From Dictyoglomaceae bacterium (GTDB lineage Bacteria; Dictyoglomota; Dictyoglomia; Dictyoglomales; Dictyoglomaceae), in assembly GCA_035378845.1 (NCBI GenBank), contig DAOSUP010000009.1:546-64545 (forward strand): a DNA stretch of 64,000 nucleotides. The letters are read 5' to 3'. Numbering within the stretch: position 1 is the stretch's first letter; each line of letters starts with the position of its first letter. The position numbers were made by a program, and so were the translations under genes. Below the pieces are notes generated by a model, which saw only the letters and a program-made list of their open reading frames with translations, was not told where the DNA came from and ran no database searches. This document shows, piece by piece, positions 1 through 10,016 of the stretch.

Positions 1-141
1 TTAACAGAGCTTCCTTCGTCATTAGATATATTAGGATCCATATTATATGATATAGAAAAATCCTTAGGAAATATATTGGGAGAAGAGGTATCCTTAGATA
101 TTGTAGATAAGATTTTTGCCAACTTTTGCATAGGGAAATAG
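1..141 (+). CDS. mnmE: tRNA modification GTPase MnmE, C-terminal end only (gene starts left of the window)
   Basis: Frame 1 is open from base 1 to TAG at 139-141. The tail ...LDIVDKIFANFCIGK carries the C-terminal FC(I/V)GK signature of MnmE/TrmE. It is absent from the ORF track because there is no start codon in the window. Confidence 0.6.
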   Translation, partial: LTELPSSLDILGSILYDIEKSLGNILGEEVSLDIVDKIFANFCIGK

Positions 142-160
142 CTTTCTTTGGAGGTGTGGC

Positions 161-1045
161 ATGAATATCTGGGTGATAATCTTGGGAGCTATTCAAGGGA
201 TAACTGAGTTTCTACCTATAAGCAGTACGGCACACCTTATACTTATACCCTATCTTGCAAAAATTCCTGATTTTGGTCTTACCTTCAATATAGGACTTCA
301 CTTAGGAACCCTACTTTCTGTCCTCATCTATTTTTTAAAAGACTGGATAGATCTTTTAATAGGACTTTTTAAAGGAGGAGAAAACAGAAGATTATTAGGA
401 CTAATTATATTAGCGTCCATTCCAGCAGGAGTCTTTGGAATTCTTCTTGATCCCCTTGTGGAAAAAATCTCAGAGCCTCAAACCTATCCTTTTGCCATAT
501 GGATTATCCTTTTAGGAGTCATTTCCTTTGGATTTGTATTTTTAATATTAGAAAAAACATCAAAGAAAAATCTTGAGATAAAAGATTTAAATGCAAAGAG
601 TGCTATCTCCATAGGACTTTGGCAGGTACTTTCTCTTTTCCCTGGAGTATCCAGATCTGGATCTACTATCTCAGGAGGAATGTTTGTGGGATTAAAAAGA
701 GAAGATGCTACAAAATTTTCATTTCTTCTCTCCCTACCTGTTATAGGTGGAGCAGTACTACTAAAATTTCTTCAACTTTTCCAAGGAGAAGGAAGCGGAG
801 ATATATCCCTCATCTTCTATGGAACTATTATATCTTTCATTGTGGGAATTATAAGTATTCATATACTTCTTAGCTATGTAAGAAGAGCTCCATTAAATAT
901 ATTTGCCTATTATAGATTTATTCTTGCCTTAGCAGTACTTTTAGCCTATTTTTATTTAAGAACTCTTGCTATTATAGTATTTAGTATTGCCATCATCTAC
1001 CTTATAGTGGGGATGGTGAGAAAGAATGAAAAAGCTATATCTTAA
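161..1045 (+). CDS. uppP: undecaprenyl-diphosphate phosphatase (UppP/BacA)
   Basis: 294-aa polytopic membrane protein with GITEFLPISSTAHL and PGVSRSGSTISGG motifs typical of UppP. GGAGGTG RBS lies upstream of the ATG. Confidence 0.9.
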   Translation: MNIWVIILGAIQGITEFLPISSTAHLILIPYLAKIPDFGLTFNIGLHLGTLLSVLIYFLKDWIDLLIGLFKGGENRRLLGLIILASIPAGVFGILLDPLVEKISEPQTYPFAIWIILLGVISFGFVFLILEKTSKKNLEIKDLNAKSAISIGLWQVLSLFPGVSRSGSTISGGMFVGLKREDATKFSFLLSLPVIGGAVLLKFLQLFQGEGSGDISLIFYGTIISFIVGIISIHILLSYVRRAPLNIFAYYRFILALAVLLAYFYLRTLAIIVFSIAIIYLIVGMVRKNEKAIS

Positions 1046-3083
1046 AGGTTTTAAACATTCAAGACTTATTATCATTCTCTCTCTGATCCTATTTATCTTA
1101 TCCATCTACCTTACATTAAATGTAAAGGTAAACTATGATATATATTCTTTCCTTCCCCAAGAACTTTCTTCTGTAAAAGCATTAGAAATTCTAAATGAAA
1201 ATTTCAAAATGGGAGAAGAAAGTTATATAATATTACCCTTCAAAGATCCTATAGAGATAGAAAGACTTAGGAATCAAATATTAAAAATAGAAGGGATAGC
1301 AAAAGTATCATGGATCTCTGATTTTCAAGATATATATTTACCTGACTACTTCTGGGGAAGTATAAAAGATCAATTTATAAAAGATAATTATACCTTTTTA
1401 ACAATTACTTTTTCAGAATCATCTCAAAGTCCTACTTCTGAAAAAGCAGTAAAAGAGATTCAAAAGATTCTACCTAAGGGGAGTTATTTTACAGGAACAG
1501 CTGTTATTGGTCAGGATCTAAAAAATATAAGTCAAGAGGAGACAATAAAATATCTATTAATAGGTAGTGCCTTTGTAATGATCTTCCTCTTCTTCATATT
1601 CCCATCTATGTATGTGCCTTTAATCATCTACTTCAATATGATTTTAGCAATTGTAATAAATACTGCTCTATCTACTTTATTAAATCAGGAGATAAGCTTC
1701 ATCTCAAGAATAATTGTGGGCATATTCCAGATGGGATCTACTATGGATTATGCCTTATTCCTTTATCATAGGTATGAAGAGGAATCAAAGAGAAAAGACA
1801 GGGCAGAAGCAGGATGGGAGGCAGTAAGAACCACAGCAAAAAGTATTATTGCCAGTGCAGCAACTACGGTTGCAGGATTTCTCGCCATAACTCAGATGAG
1901 ATTTGAATTAGGAAAAGATTTAGGATTCCTCTTAGCAAGAGGAGTTTTTACCTCCTTCATTCTCTCTTTAACCCTTCTTCCTGTACTTTTTTATCATTTC
2001 CACAATAAATGGGCATATTCAAAGAGATGGATCCTAAGAGTTTCTGGAGAAAGATTTTTTAATTTTATTCTTAAAGTAAGGCATATCATTCTTGTTATAT
2101 TCTTAATAGGAGCTGTAAGTTTATTCTTAATTCCAAAATTTCCTATGGATTACAATATCACTCGTGGCTTACCAGAAAATATTCCATCTATAATGGGACA
2201 AAGGAAGATGGAAGAGATTTTTGGTAGAAGCTCCTCACTATCTCTTGTAGGAAAAGAGACACCTGAAAACTGGCAGAAAGTAATAAAGATATTAAAAGAA
2301 AAGCCTCAAGTCTCAAATGTTCTTAGCTATTATAATATGGTAGATCCACTCATTCCAGAATATATGGTACCAAAATCAGTAAGGGATATCTTTTTTAAAG
2401 ATGGGTTTTCCTACGCCTCCTGTGACCTTAATGTGGATTACTCCAGTGAGGAAGCTTACAAATTGATAAAGGAGCTTAGAGAAGGTATAGAAGATCATTA
2501 CGATATCAAAATTACAGGGCTTCCTGTCCTAAATTTAGATTTAAAAGATCTTACAACTACAGAGTTAAATAAAGTAAATCTTATCTCTATTATAGCCATA
2601 TTTTTAATCATAGCCCTATCTTTTCTTTCCATTCCTATACCAGTACTTTTGGTACTTGTAATAGAATTAGCTATAACTTTAAACTTAGCTATAGACTATA
2701 TTACATATGGATTTATATTCTTCTCTTCTTATCTTTTCATTGGATGTATCCAGCTTGGTGCAACCATTGACTATGCAGTACTTCTTACATCAAGATACTT
2801 AGAGGCAAAACAAAAGGGATTAGATAAATTCTCATCTGCAAAATTCTCCTTTTCAGGAGGAATAAACAGTATTCTTACCAGTGCAGGTACCATGTTCTTT
2901 ACAGCCTTACCCTTAGGTATCTTCTCTAATATCTTTATGGCAAAGAACCTTGCCATGTTGGTAAGTAGAGGAGCAATCATAAGTGTCATCTCGGTATCTT
3001 TATTTGTGCTTCCTCTTCTTACCGTCTCTGATTCTTTTCTTTCAAAACTTGGATTTATAAGAAAGGAGGGAAAAAAGGAATGA
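1026..3083 (+). CDS. MMPL/RND-superfamily membrane exporter
   Basis: 685 aa with two multi-helix TM bundles, each followed by a duplicated motif (GSTMDYALFLYHRY and GATIDYAVLLTSRY), and soluble loops between them. The start overlaps the uppP end by 20 nt. Confidence 0.75.
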   Translation: MKKLYLKGFKHSRLIIILSLILFILSIYLTLNVKVNYDIYSFLPQELSSVKALEILNENFKMGEESYIILPFKDPIEIERLRNQILKIEGIAKVSWISDFQDIYLPDYFWGSIKDQFIKDNYTFLTITFSESSQSPTSEKAVKEIQKILPKGSYFTGTAVIGQDLKNISQEETIKYLLIGSAFVMIFLFFIFPSMYVPLIIYFNMILAIVINTALSTLLNQEISFISRIIVGIFQMGSTMDYALFLYHRYEEESKRKDRAEAGWEAVRTTAKSIIASAATTVAGFLAITQMRFELGKDLGFLLARGVFTSFILSLTLLPVLFYHFHNKWAYSKRWILRVSGERFFNFILKVRHIILVIFLIGAVSLFLIPKFPMDYNITRGLPENIPSIMGQRKMEEIFGRSSSLSLVGKETPENWQKVIKILKEKPQVSNVLSYYNMVDPLIPEYMVPKSVRDIFFKDGFSYASCDLNVDYSSEEAYKLIKELREGIEDHYDIKITGLPVLNLDLKDLTTTELNKVNLISIIAIFLIIALSFLSIPIPVLLVLVIELAITLNLAIDYITYGFIFFSSYLFIGCIQLGATIDYAVLLTSRYLEAKQKGLDKFSSAKFSFSGGINSILTSAGTMFFTALPLGIFSNIFMAKNLAMLVSRGAIISVISVSLFVLPLLTVSDSFLSKLGFIRKEGKKE

Positions 3084-4429
3084 AGAAGGGAATTATAATC
3101 ACTATCTTACTTTTACTTCTCATAAGTATATCTTTTCCCTCTTCTTTAAAAATAAAGAATGACGAGACCATATACGCACTATTAGACTATGATGGAAAGG
3201 TAAAAAGAGTAGATCTTGTAAACTGGATTGAGATAGAGGGAAGTGGTCACTTTAATATTACCAAGGATGCTAAATACTTGAAAAATATCAAGCTATTTAC
3301 GGAAGATGTAACATTAAGTATCTCATCTCAAAAAATAAATCTTTCAGGAAATTCTCAAGGGCATAAGAATATCTATCTCACTTCCGAAGTAAATAGAAAA
3401 CTTCCTATGCAATTTAAAATCTCATATAAATATAATGGGAAAACAGCAAAGCCTCAAGATTTTCTTGGAAAATCAGGAGATCTTGATATAGAATTTGAGA
3501 TTGAAACTCTTGAAGATATTCCCTTTGTGGTTGTAATCTCTGCTGAATTTTCCACAGATGATTTCATACTTAGAAATCCAGAGGATTGGATGGTAATGGT
3601 GCTTGGAAAAACCATAAGACTTTCTGGTTTTAGCTATCCTATCCCAAAAAGCAGCATTAAGCTCGCCATAAGAGGTAAAAATCTAAAAGTCCCTGACTTT
3701 ACTTTTAGTGCTCTTCCATCTATTCCTCCCGTTGATCTTTCTATAACATCTCAGTTAGGAAGCTTTACAGAAGGTTTAGATGGTCTTATCCTTCTAAACC
3801 AAGTTCATCAGAAGATATTAAAAGGTATCATTGAGAACTTTGAGAAACAGTCTTTTTCTATCCCTCCAGAGTTTTTAACTCTTCCATTTACGCTTAAGGC
3901 AAATCAGAACAAAGCATATGCTATCTCCAATTCTCTAAAAAAATATCCTGAAAGTTTTGAGAAACTATATACCTATATAAAGGAAGAAGCCGAAGGAAGT
4001 AATGATGAGAAATGGCAAAAAGCACTAAATATGGCAGAGGACGTGAAAAAAGAGATAGAAGGAAATTCCTTCTCAGAAGATGTTAAAAGTATAGGGGACT
4101 TTATTGGAGATATCGCCTTTTCCAGCCAAAAAGCCATGAACATGATATCTACCTCATTAGAAGGATTGCAAAAGGTAGAGGAACTTTTGAATATTGTGCT
4201 TAATGGAGGAGAGCTTGAAGGACAAAAAGTTCCAGGGCTTACCGATGTAGAGAAAAATCTAAAAGCCACATCTAAGACATTAAAAGAAAATATTTCAAAG
4301 GCTACCGAGGGCGAGAAAAAGATGGGAATATGGAAGAAAAATATTGCAAATTATAATTTCGCAGGAAAGGTTGAGGGAGCAAGCTCAACAGTAAGATTTT
4401 ACTTCAAATTAGAAGAGCTAAGAAAATAG
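3080..4429 (+). CDS. secreted or membrane-anchored protein of unknown function with an E/K-rich coiled-coil C-terminal half
   Basis: N-terminal hydrophobic signal (MKKGIIITILLLLLISISFPSS). ATGA start/stop overlap with the MMPL gene implies translational coupling. I recognise no family motif. Confidence 0.6.
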   Translation: MKKGIIITILLLLLISISFPSSLKIKNDETIYALLDYDGKVKRVDLVNWIEIEGSGHFNITKDAKYLKNIKLFTEDVTLSISSQKINLSGNSQGHKNIYLTSEVNRKLPMQFKISYKYNGKTAKPQDFLGKSGDLDIEFEIETLEDIPFVVVISAEFSTDDFILRNPEDWMVMVLGKTIRLSGFSYPIPKSSIKLAIRGKNLKVPDFTFSALPSIPPVDLSITSQLGSFTEGLDGLILLNQVHQKILKGIIENFEKQSFSIPPEFLTLPFTLKANQNKAYAISNSLKKYPESFEKLYTYIKEEAEGSNDEKWQKALNMAEDVKKEIEGNSFSEDVKSIGDFIGDIAFSSQKAMNMISTSLEGLQKVEELLNIVLNGGELEGQKVPGLTDVEKNLKATSKTLKENISKATEGEKKMGIWKKNIANYNFAGKVEGASSTVRFYFKLEELRK

Positions 4430-6181
4430 CTTCTTTAAAGGAAAAGGGATTCTATCTTTATTTCTTAAAAGAAATTCTCTATTCTTTTTATCTCTATACT
4501 GTACTAATGCCCTTTGAAGATGCCTCTCTTCATAGGTTCTTGCTACGTATATCTTCTCCTTTCTTGAAGGATGATATCCTGTATAGAAGGCACAAGATGC
4601 AGGAGTTAAAGGTAGAGGGGTATAATCTTGGATCTGCTCTAAATAGTGTCCAAGCCCCTTTACATACATAGCAAGATCCCAGGCATCTTCCAATGTAGCC
4701 CCTGGATGACCAGAAATAAAATAAGGAATGACATATATATCCTTATTCTGCTTTCTTTTTTCTCTTTCAAAAACCTCTTCAAACTTCTCATATACTTCAA
4801 AATTAGGTTTTTTCATAATTTCAAGCACATGATTTTTCACATGTTCAGGCGCAGAAGAAAGGTGTCCTCCTATATATCCTTCTTTAATAAGCTCTCCCAA
4901 ATATCCATTATCTTTTAGGGCAAGATCGTATCTTATTCCTGAGGCAATAAATAGATGCTTTACCTTTGGTATATTCTTTATTTCCCTTAATAATCTAAGT
5001 TGAGGAGAAAAATCTATAATAAGATTAGGACATATATCAGGAAATAGGCATTCTCTCACTTTACATGAACCAGGCACCTTATATATCTTGCATTTTAGTT
5101 TATACATATTTGCTGTAGGACCGCCCACATCAGATATGGTACCTCTAAAAAACTTTTGAGAAGTAAGGTTATATGCCTCACGCAAAATAGACTCCTCACT
5201 TCTTGATACCACCTGCCAGCCTTGGTGAAGATTAATAGAACAAAAAGTGCAGCTTCCAAAACATCCTCTATGAGAGACGATAGATGTCAATACCGTATCA
5301 AGAGCAGGAATTTTCTCTTTATAAGACGGATGTGGGAGTCTTTTAAAAGGAAGAGAGTATGTAAAGTCAAGATCTTTCTGGGAATAATTCATTGGTGGAT
5401 TCTGAATGATATACCTCTTTCCATCTCTCTGAACCAGTATCTTCTCATTTTTCATTCCTTCCATAAGAAGATTCTGAAAATCATAATATCCCTCCATATC
5501 CTGAGAAACCTCTTCAAAAGAAGGAAGCATCACATAATCTATATCATTAAAAAGCTCATTAAACTCCTTTTCACTAAGAGAATAAACAATACCTGGAATT
5601 TTATATATTTCATACCAAGACTTCCCTTGGGAAAGATATCTTGCAATCTCTACAATTTGCTTCTCCCCCATGCCAAAAACAATACACTTTGCCCTGGAAT
5701 CAAGAAGTATTGAGTGTCTAACCTTATCTTCCCAGAAATCATAATGAGAGAATCTTCTTAGACTTGCCTCAATCCCTCCAAGTACCAAAGGAATATCAGG
5801 ATAGATCTCATGTACAAAGTTTGAGTAGACAACAGTTGCTCTATCAGGTCTTCTTCCAGGAATTCCACCTGGAGTATACGCATCTTTCTTTCTTCTTATC
5901 TTATTAGGGGTATAATTAGCTACTAAAGAATCTACACTTCCTGCCGTTATACCAAAAAAGAGACTTGGCTTGCCCAAAACGGTAAAAGACTTCTTATCTT
6001 TCCAATCTGGCTGAGGCATAATCCCTACATGGAATCCAAAATGCTCTAAGGATCTACCAATCACTGAGGCTCCAAAAGAAGGGTGATCCACATAGGCATC
6101 TCCTGTAATAACTATTGCATCAAGCTCGTCCCATCCTAATCTCTTAGCTTCTTCCTTGGTAATAGGCAAAAAATCAACCAT
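4418..6181 (-). CDS. ygiQ: YgiQ-family radical SAM protein (UPF0313)
   Basis: 587 aa. The N-terminus (LPITKEEAKRLGWDELDAIVITGDAYVDHPSFG) is typical of YgiQ. Radical-SAM Cys motif is CFGSCTFCS. Confidence 0.85.
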   Translation of the reverse strand: MVDFLPITKEEAKRLGWDELDAIVITGDAYVDHPSFGASVIGRSLEHFGFHVGIMPQPDWKDKKSFTVLGKPSLFFGITAGSVDSLVANYTPNKIRRKKDAYTPGGIPGRRPDRATVVYSNFVHEIYPDIPLVLGGIEASLRRFSHYDFWEDKVRHSILLDSRAKCIVFGMGEKQIVEIARYLSQGKSWYEIYKIPGIVYSLSEKEFNELFNDIDYVMLPSFEEVSQDMEGYYDFQNLLMEGMKNEKILVQRDGKRYIIQNPPMNYSQKDLDFTYSLPFKRLPHPSYKEKIPALDTVLTSIVSHRGCFGSCTFCSINLHQGWQVVSRSEESILREAYNLTSQKFFRGTISDVGGPTANMYKLKCKIYKVPGSCKVRECLFPDICPNLIIDFSPQLRLLREIKNIPKVKHLFIASGIRYDLALKDNGYLGELIKEGYIGGHLSSAPEHVKNHVLEIMKKPNFEVYEKFEEVFEREKRKQNKDIYVIPYFISGHPGATLEDAWDLAMYVKGLGHYLEQIQDYTPLPLTPASCAFYTGYHPSRKEKIYVARTYEERHLQRALVQYRDKKNREFLLRNKDRIPFPLKKLFS

Positions 6182-7050
6182 TAATACTCACACTGACACT
6201 CCTTCTTTTCACCTTCCAGCTCTACTTCTAAGGTAGAATGATTAATACCAAAATTTTCCTCCAAAAGATTTTTTATTTGAGAGGTAATATTTTCTGCTGA
6301 AGATATCATCTGATTATCAAGTACTATATGAGCAGAAAGCAGATAATCCTTTGAGGAAATCTGCCAGACATGAACATGATGAACCCCTCTAACTCCTGGA
6401 ACCTTTAGGATGGCATCTTCAAGGGCTTCAATATCAATTCCTCTTGGTGTACCCTCCATAAGAATATGAAGAGTATCCTTTATAAGTCCAAAGGCACTAT
6501 AAAAGATAAATCCAGCAATTACAAGAGAAATAATTGTATCAGCAATATAGAGATTATACATAAGAATAAGGATAGCACCGATAATAACTCCCACTGAAGA
6601 GAATGCATCCGAGATCAGATGTAAAAAAGCTCCCTTTATATTAAGGTTATGATGGGAATCTTCATGGATAAGATAAGCACCTACTATATTACCTATTAAA
6701 CCAATAAAACCTATAATTATAGTCTGAACTCCATCTACCTTAGTTGGAACTTTAAAACGCTGTATAGCTTCTGAGATCAAAAAAACAAAAATGAGAAGAA
6801 GAAGAATTCCATTAAGGAGTGCAGAAAGTATCTCTACTCTCCTATATCCATAGGTATGAGTAGAGTTACTTTTCTTATTCTTAGAAATTACTTCTGCTAC
6901 ATAACTTATCACAAGGGAAAAAACATCATTCACATTATGAAGGGCATCACTAATAAGAGATAGACTTCCTGAAATAGCTCCTCCAATGAATTCTATAAGT
7001 GCCATAAGAAGATTTAGTAATATTGCTCCTAATAATCCTTTGACCTTCAC
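6181..7050 (-). CDS. cation diffusion facilitator (CDF) family metal efflux transporter
   Basis: 289 aa with six TM helices, HxxxD-type motifs (DALHNVNDV, HLISDAFSS), a C-terminal cytoplasmic domain and a Cys/His-rich tail. Its TAA overlaps the ygiQ ATG by 1 nt. Confidence 0.85.
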   Translation of the reverse strand: MKVKGLLGAILLNLLMALIEFIGGAISGSLSLISDALHNVNDVFSLVISYVAEVISKNKKSNSTHTYGYRRVEILSALLNGILLLLIFVFLISEAIQRFKVPTKVDGVQTIIIGFIGLIGNIVGAYLIHEDSHHNLNIKGAFLHLISDAFSSVGVIIGAILILMYNLYIADTIISLVIAGFIFYSAFGLIKDTLHILMEGTPRGIDIEALEDAILKVPGVRGVHHVHVWQISSKDYLLSAHIVLDNQMISSAENITSQIKNLLEENFGINHSTLEVELEGEKKECQCEY

Positions 7051-7411
7051 TTAAATCCTCCTTCTAAAAATTTTTCTTGTTAATTATATAATAAGTATTG
7101 GTAAAAAATATATGGAGAAAAGAGTTAGAAGATTAAATAACTTTGATATTAAAGAGAGAATTGTTGTTTATTTGACGAATAGGGGCTTAGAAATTAGAGA
7201 TAACTGAGGGTTTACCTTTTGAAATGGCTTATTGACCATATGTTAGTAAATGGAGTATACAAATAAGATGTGTCACTTATTTACTGATGGACATCATATA
7301 GCTACTGCAGCTATACTATATCATATCAGCAGATATATTACTTACTAATACAAAAATAGAAGATAGAAAGTTATTGAAAAATAATTCTCAATATTGAAAA
7401 GGAGTAAAAAT

Positions 7412-8353
7412 ATGATATATGAAAAAATAAAATTATATGAGGACAGAGCGGATGTGACTCTAACCACTTATGTTCATAGTGATTCACCTGAGTTGTTACA
7501 TGGAAAAAAGAGACCAGCTATCCTTGTTTGTCCAGGAGGGGCATATTTAACATGTTCTGATCGTGAGGGTGAGCCAGTAGCTTTACGCTTTGCTTCAATG
7601 GGGTATCATGCATTTGTATTGCGTTATTCCACTTATATGGGAGGGGGATTTAGCTATCCTGATCCTACAAAAGAAATACCTGTGAATCCAAAAAGCATTT
7701 ACCCCAATCCTATGAGAGATATAGCAAAAGCAATACTTTTTATTAGAGATCACAGTAACGAATGGTTGGTGAATACAGAAAAAATTATCCTGTGTGGTTT
7801 TTCAGCAGGAGCTCATAATTGTGCTATGTATTCTGTATATTGGAATGATCCAGATTTAAGTAGATATTTTAATGTTAAATCTGAGGAGTTAAGACCTGCT
7901 GCTGCAATATTGGGATATATGTTAAGTGATCTTATTTTTCAAAGGGATTTTGTATTTAAGCAAGAAAGTTTAACTGCCAAGCATTTATTTGAATCATTTA
8001 GTGTTGCATATACTGGAATGAGAGAACCAGACGATGAAACCCTTAGAAGGATAAGTCCTGTACTTTATGTTTCAGAGTTTACACCACCTATGTTTCTATG
8101 GACAACGGCTCAGGATGAGCTTGTATCGGTGGAACATACTATACTTATGGCAAAAGCACTTGCGGAGAAAAACATTCCCTTTGAAATGCATATATTTGAG
8201 GAAGGACAACATGGTCTAAGCTTAGCTCATCAAGCTACTGCAAGGCATAAAGATCAGATTAATCCTATAGTAGCAAAATGGATAGATCTTGCAGAACAGT
8301 GGCTATTAAGAAGATTTTCCTTGGATTTGCAGGAAAAAGAAAAAAAGCTTTAA
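7412..8353 (+). CDS. alpha/beta-hydrolase fold esterase (Aes-like acetyl esterase)
   Basis: GFSAGAH nucleophile elbow and a CPGGAY oxyanion-type motif. I place the start at ATG 7412 (MIYEKIKLYE), 8 nt after AAAGGAG, rather than at the track TTG 7394. Confidence 0.75.
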   Translation: MIYEKIKLYEDRADVTLTTYVHSDSPELLHGKKRPAILVCPGGAYLTCSDREGEPVALRFASMGYHAFVLRYSTYMGGGFSYPDPTKEIPVNPKSIYPNPMRDIAKAILFIRDHSNEWLVNTEKIILCGFSAGAHNCAMYSVYWNDPDLSRYFNVKSEELRPAAAILGYMLSDLIFQRDFVFKQESLTAKHLFESFSVAYTGMREPDDETLRRISPVLYVSEFTPPMFLWTTAQDELVSVEHTILMAKALAEKNIPFEMHIFEEGQHGLSLAHQATARHKDQINPIVAKWIDLAEQWLLRRFSLDLQEKEKKL

Positions 8354-8501
8354 AACAAAATAAGAAGGTAATGAAATACCTATTGACTTTGATAATAATT
8401 TGTCTATTATTAAATTATGAATGTCCAAGAAATGGGGACATGTTATAGAACAAAAGCTTAATTAAAAATTTTTACTTTATAAAAGAAAGAAGGAGAATTT
8501 T

Positions 8502-9923
8502 TTGAGAAAAAAGATTTTAAAAGTTATTTTTCCCCTTTTGTTTTTGGCACCCATCTTTACATTTGCCTATGGTGCCTCTCCCAAAATATATCAGGCTGAA
8601 GATGGAGTATTAAATGGAACCGTTGTAGCAAAAAATCTACCAGGATATCAGGGAAAGGGCTATGTAGATGGCTTTGATAAAGATGGAGATTCCTGCACAA
8701 TCACCGTAGAAGTAGACTCTGATGGGCTATATGAGATTATCGTAGGTTATGCAGCCCCTTTTGGATATAAAGAAAATAGTTTATATGTAAATGGCGTATT
8801 TCAATCAAATATAAAATTTAATCCTTCTCAAACCTTTACCACCGTATCTGCTGGACTTGTTCCTTTAAAAGCTGGGAAAAATACTATAAGTATAGTAAAA
8901 AGTTGGGGATGGTTCTATCTGGATTTCATAGAAATTAGAAGTTCAGAGACTCCCACTCTAAATGTGGAACCTAAATTGGTAAATCCTAATGCCTCTCCTG
9001 AAGCAAAAAAGCTAATGGATTACCTTGTAAGCATATATGGAAAAAATACTTTATCAGGACAGGCAGGTATCATGGATTGCTACTTTATTCAGGATACTAC
9101 AGGAAAATTCCCTGCCCTATGTGGTTTTGATATGATGGATTATTCTCCATCAAGAGTAGAGTATGGGACAAAACCTTATGAAGTAGAGAATGCTATAAAA
9201 TGGTGGAAAGAAGGGGGAATAGTACAATTCCAATGGCATTGGAATGCCCCTAAGGATTTGTATAATGTACCGGGGAAAGAATGGTGGAGAGGATTTTATA
9301 CAGAAGCCACAAGCTTTGATGTAGAATATGCCTTAAATCATCCTGAATCAGAGGATTATAAACTTATTATAAGAGATCTTGATGCCATAGCAGAACAATT
9401 GAAAAGGCTAAGAGATGCAGGAGTACCAGTACTTTGGAGACCTCTTCATGAAGCAGAAGGAAAATGGTTCTGGTGGGGAGCAAAAGGACCAGAAGCTTGT
9501 AAAAAACTCTATAAACTTATGTTTGACCGATTCACTAACTATCATAAATTAAACAATCTTATCTGGGTATGGACCACTACAGACTCTCCTGATGCCCTTA
9601 AATGGTATCCTGGAGATGAATATGTGGATATTGTAGGTGCAGATATATATCTTGATAATAGAAATTACTCTCCATCTGCAGGTACATTCTATAACTTGGT
9701 AAAAATTTTTGGCGGTAAAAAACTTGTAGCCTTAACAGAAAATGGAATTATTCCTGATCCAGATGCTATGATACAGCAAAAGGCTCACTGGGTATGGTTC
9801 ATGACTTGGAATGGCTTTGAAAATGATCCTTCTAAGAATGAAGTATCCCATTTAAAGAAGGTATTTAATCATTCTCTTATTATCACAAGAGATGAGCTTC
9901 CAAAATTCATAGAGGAAAAATAA
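8502..9923 (+). CDS. secreted GH26 endo-beta-1,4-mannanase with an N-terminal CBM35/CBM6-like module
   Basis: Signal peptide, then a YQAEDGVLNG...GYVDGF...NTISIVKSWGWFYLDFIEI carbohydrate-binding module, then a GH26-type catalytic region (WRPLHEAEGKWFWWG). TTG start lies 6 nt after GAAGGAG. Confidence 0.85.
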   Translation: MRKKILKVIFPLLFLAPIFTFAYGASPKIYQAEDGVLNGTVVAKNLPGYQGKGYVDGFDKDGDSCTITVEVDSDGLYEIIVGYAAPFGYKENSLYVNGVFQSNIKFNPSQTFTTVSAGLVPLKAGKNTISIVKSWGWFYLDFIEIRSSETPTLNVEPKLVNPNASPEAKKLMDYLVSIYGKNTLSGQAGIMDCYFIQDTTGKFPALCGFDMMDYSPSRVEYGTKPYEVENAIKWWKEGGIVQFQWHWNAPKDLYNVPGKEWWRGFYTEATSFDVEYALNHPESEDYKLIIRDLDAIAEQLKRLRDAGVPVLWRPLHEAEGKWFWWGAKGPEACKKLYKLMFDRFTNYHKLNNLIWVWTTTDSPDALKWYPGDEYVDIVGADIYLDNRNYSPSAGTFYNLVKIFGGKKLVALTENGIIPDPDAMIQQKAHWVWFMTWNGFENDPSKNEVSHLKKVFNHSLIITRDELPKFIEEK

Positions 9924-9933
9924 ATATTTTTAG

Positions 9934-9961
9934 TCTCCCCTTCCTTACTTGGAAGGGGAGA
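9934..9961. terminator. GC-rich hairpin between convergent genes
   Basis: Perfect 11-bp stem tctccccttcc / ggaaggggaga with a 6-nt loop, between the mannanase stop and the GH4 stop. Neither side has a clear downstream U-tract. Confidence 0.45.
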
Positions 9962-10016
9962 AACATTTAAAATTATCCCTAAAATAGAGAAAGAGACTAT
10001 TATAGTCCTCTAAAAT

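Noticed and set aside
5222-5713. A 163-aa ORF antisense to ygiQ. Similar track ORFs are 619-873, 2771-2989, 3973-4269, 4646-4918, 10455-10676, 12424-12666, 13363-13794, 14989-15442, 18524-18775, 20160-20537, 27818-28126, 31075-31491, 32733-33017, 33470-33739, 34257-34954, 38767-39030, 39392-39871, 40990-41325, 41789-42019, 42387-43013, 45364-45821, 46148-47424, 47652-48131, 48983-49347, 49696-50013, 50178-50588, 51237-52055, 56101-57456, 58240-58422 and 60619-61757.
   Set aside because: All lie fully inside, and out of frame with or antisense to, long ORFs that carry clear family motifs. Their translations are low-complexity (S/F/I/L/K-rich) with no RBS. Such shadow ORFs are expected in AT-rich DNA with few stop codons on the opposite strand.
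8371-8448. A 25-aa hydrophobic ORF (MKYLLTLIIICLLLNYECPRNGDML) resembling a lipoprotein signal peptide, between the esterase and mannanase genes.
   Set aside because: The purine-rich stretch is only 2-3 nt from the ATG. The ORF overlaps promoter-like hexamers for the mannanase (TTGACT...TATTAT). It is too short to judge and is possibly a relic of a signal peptide.
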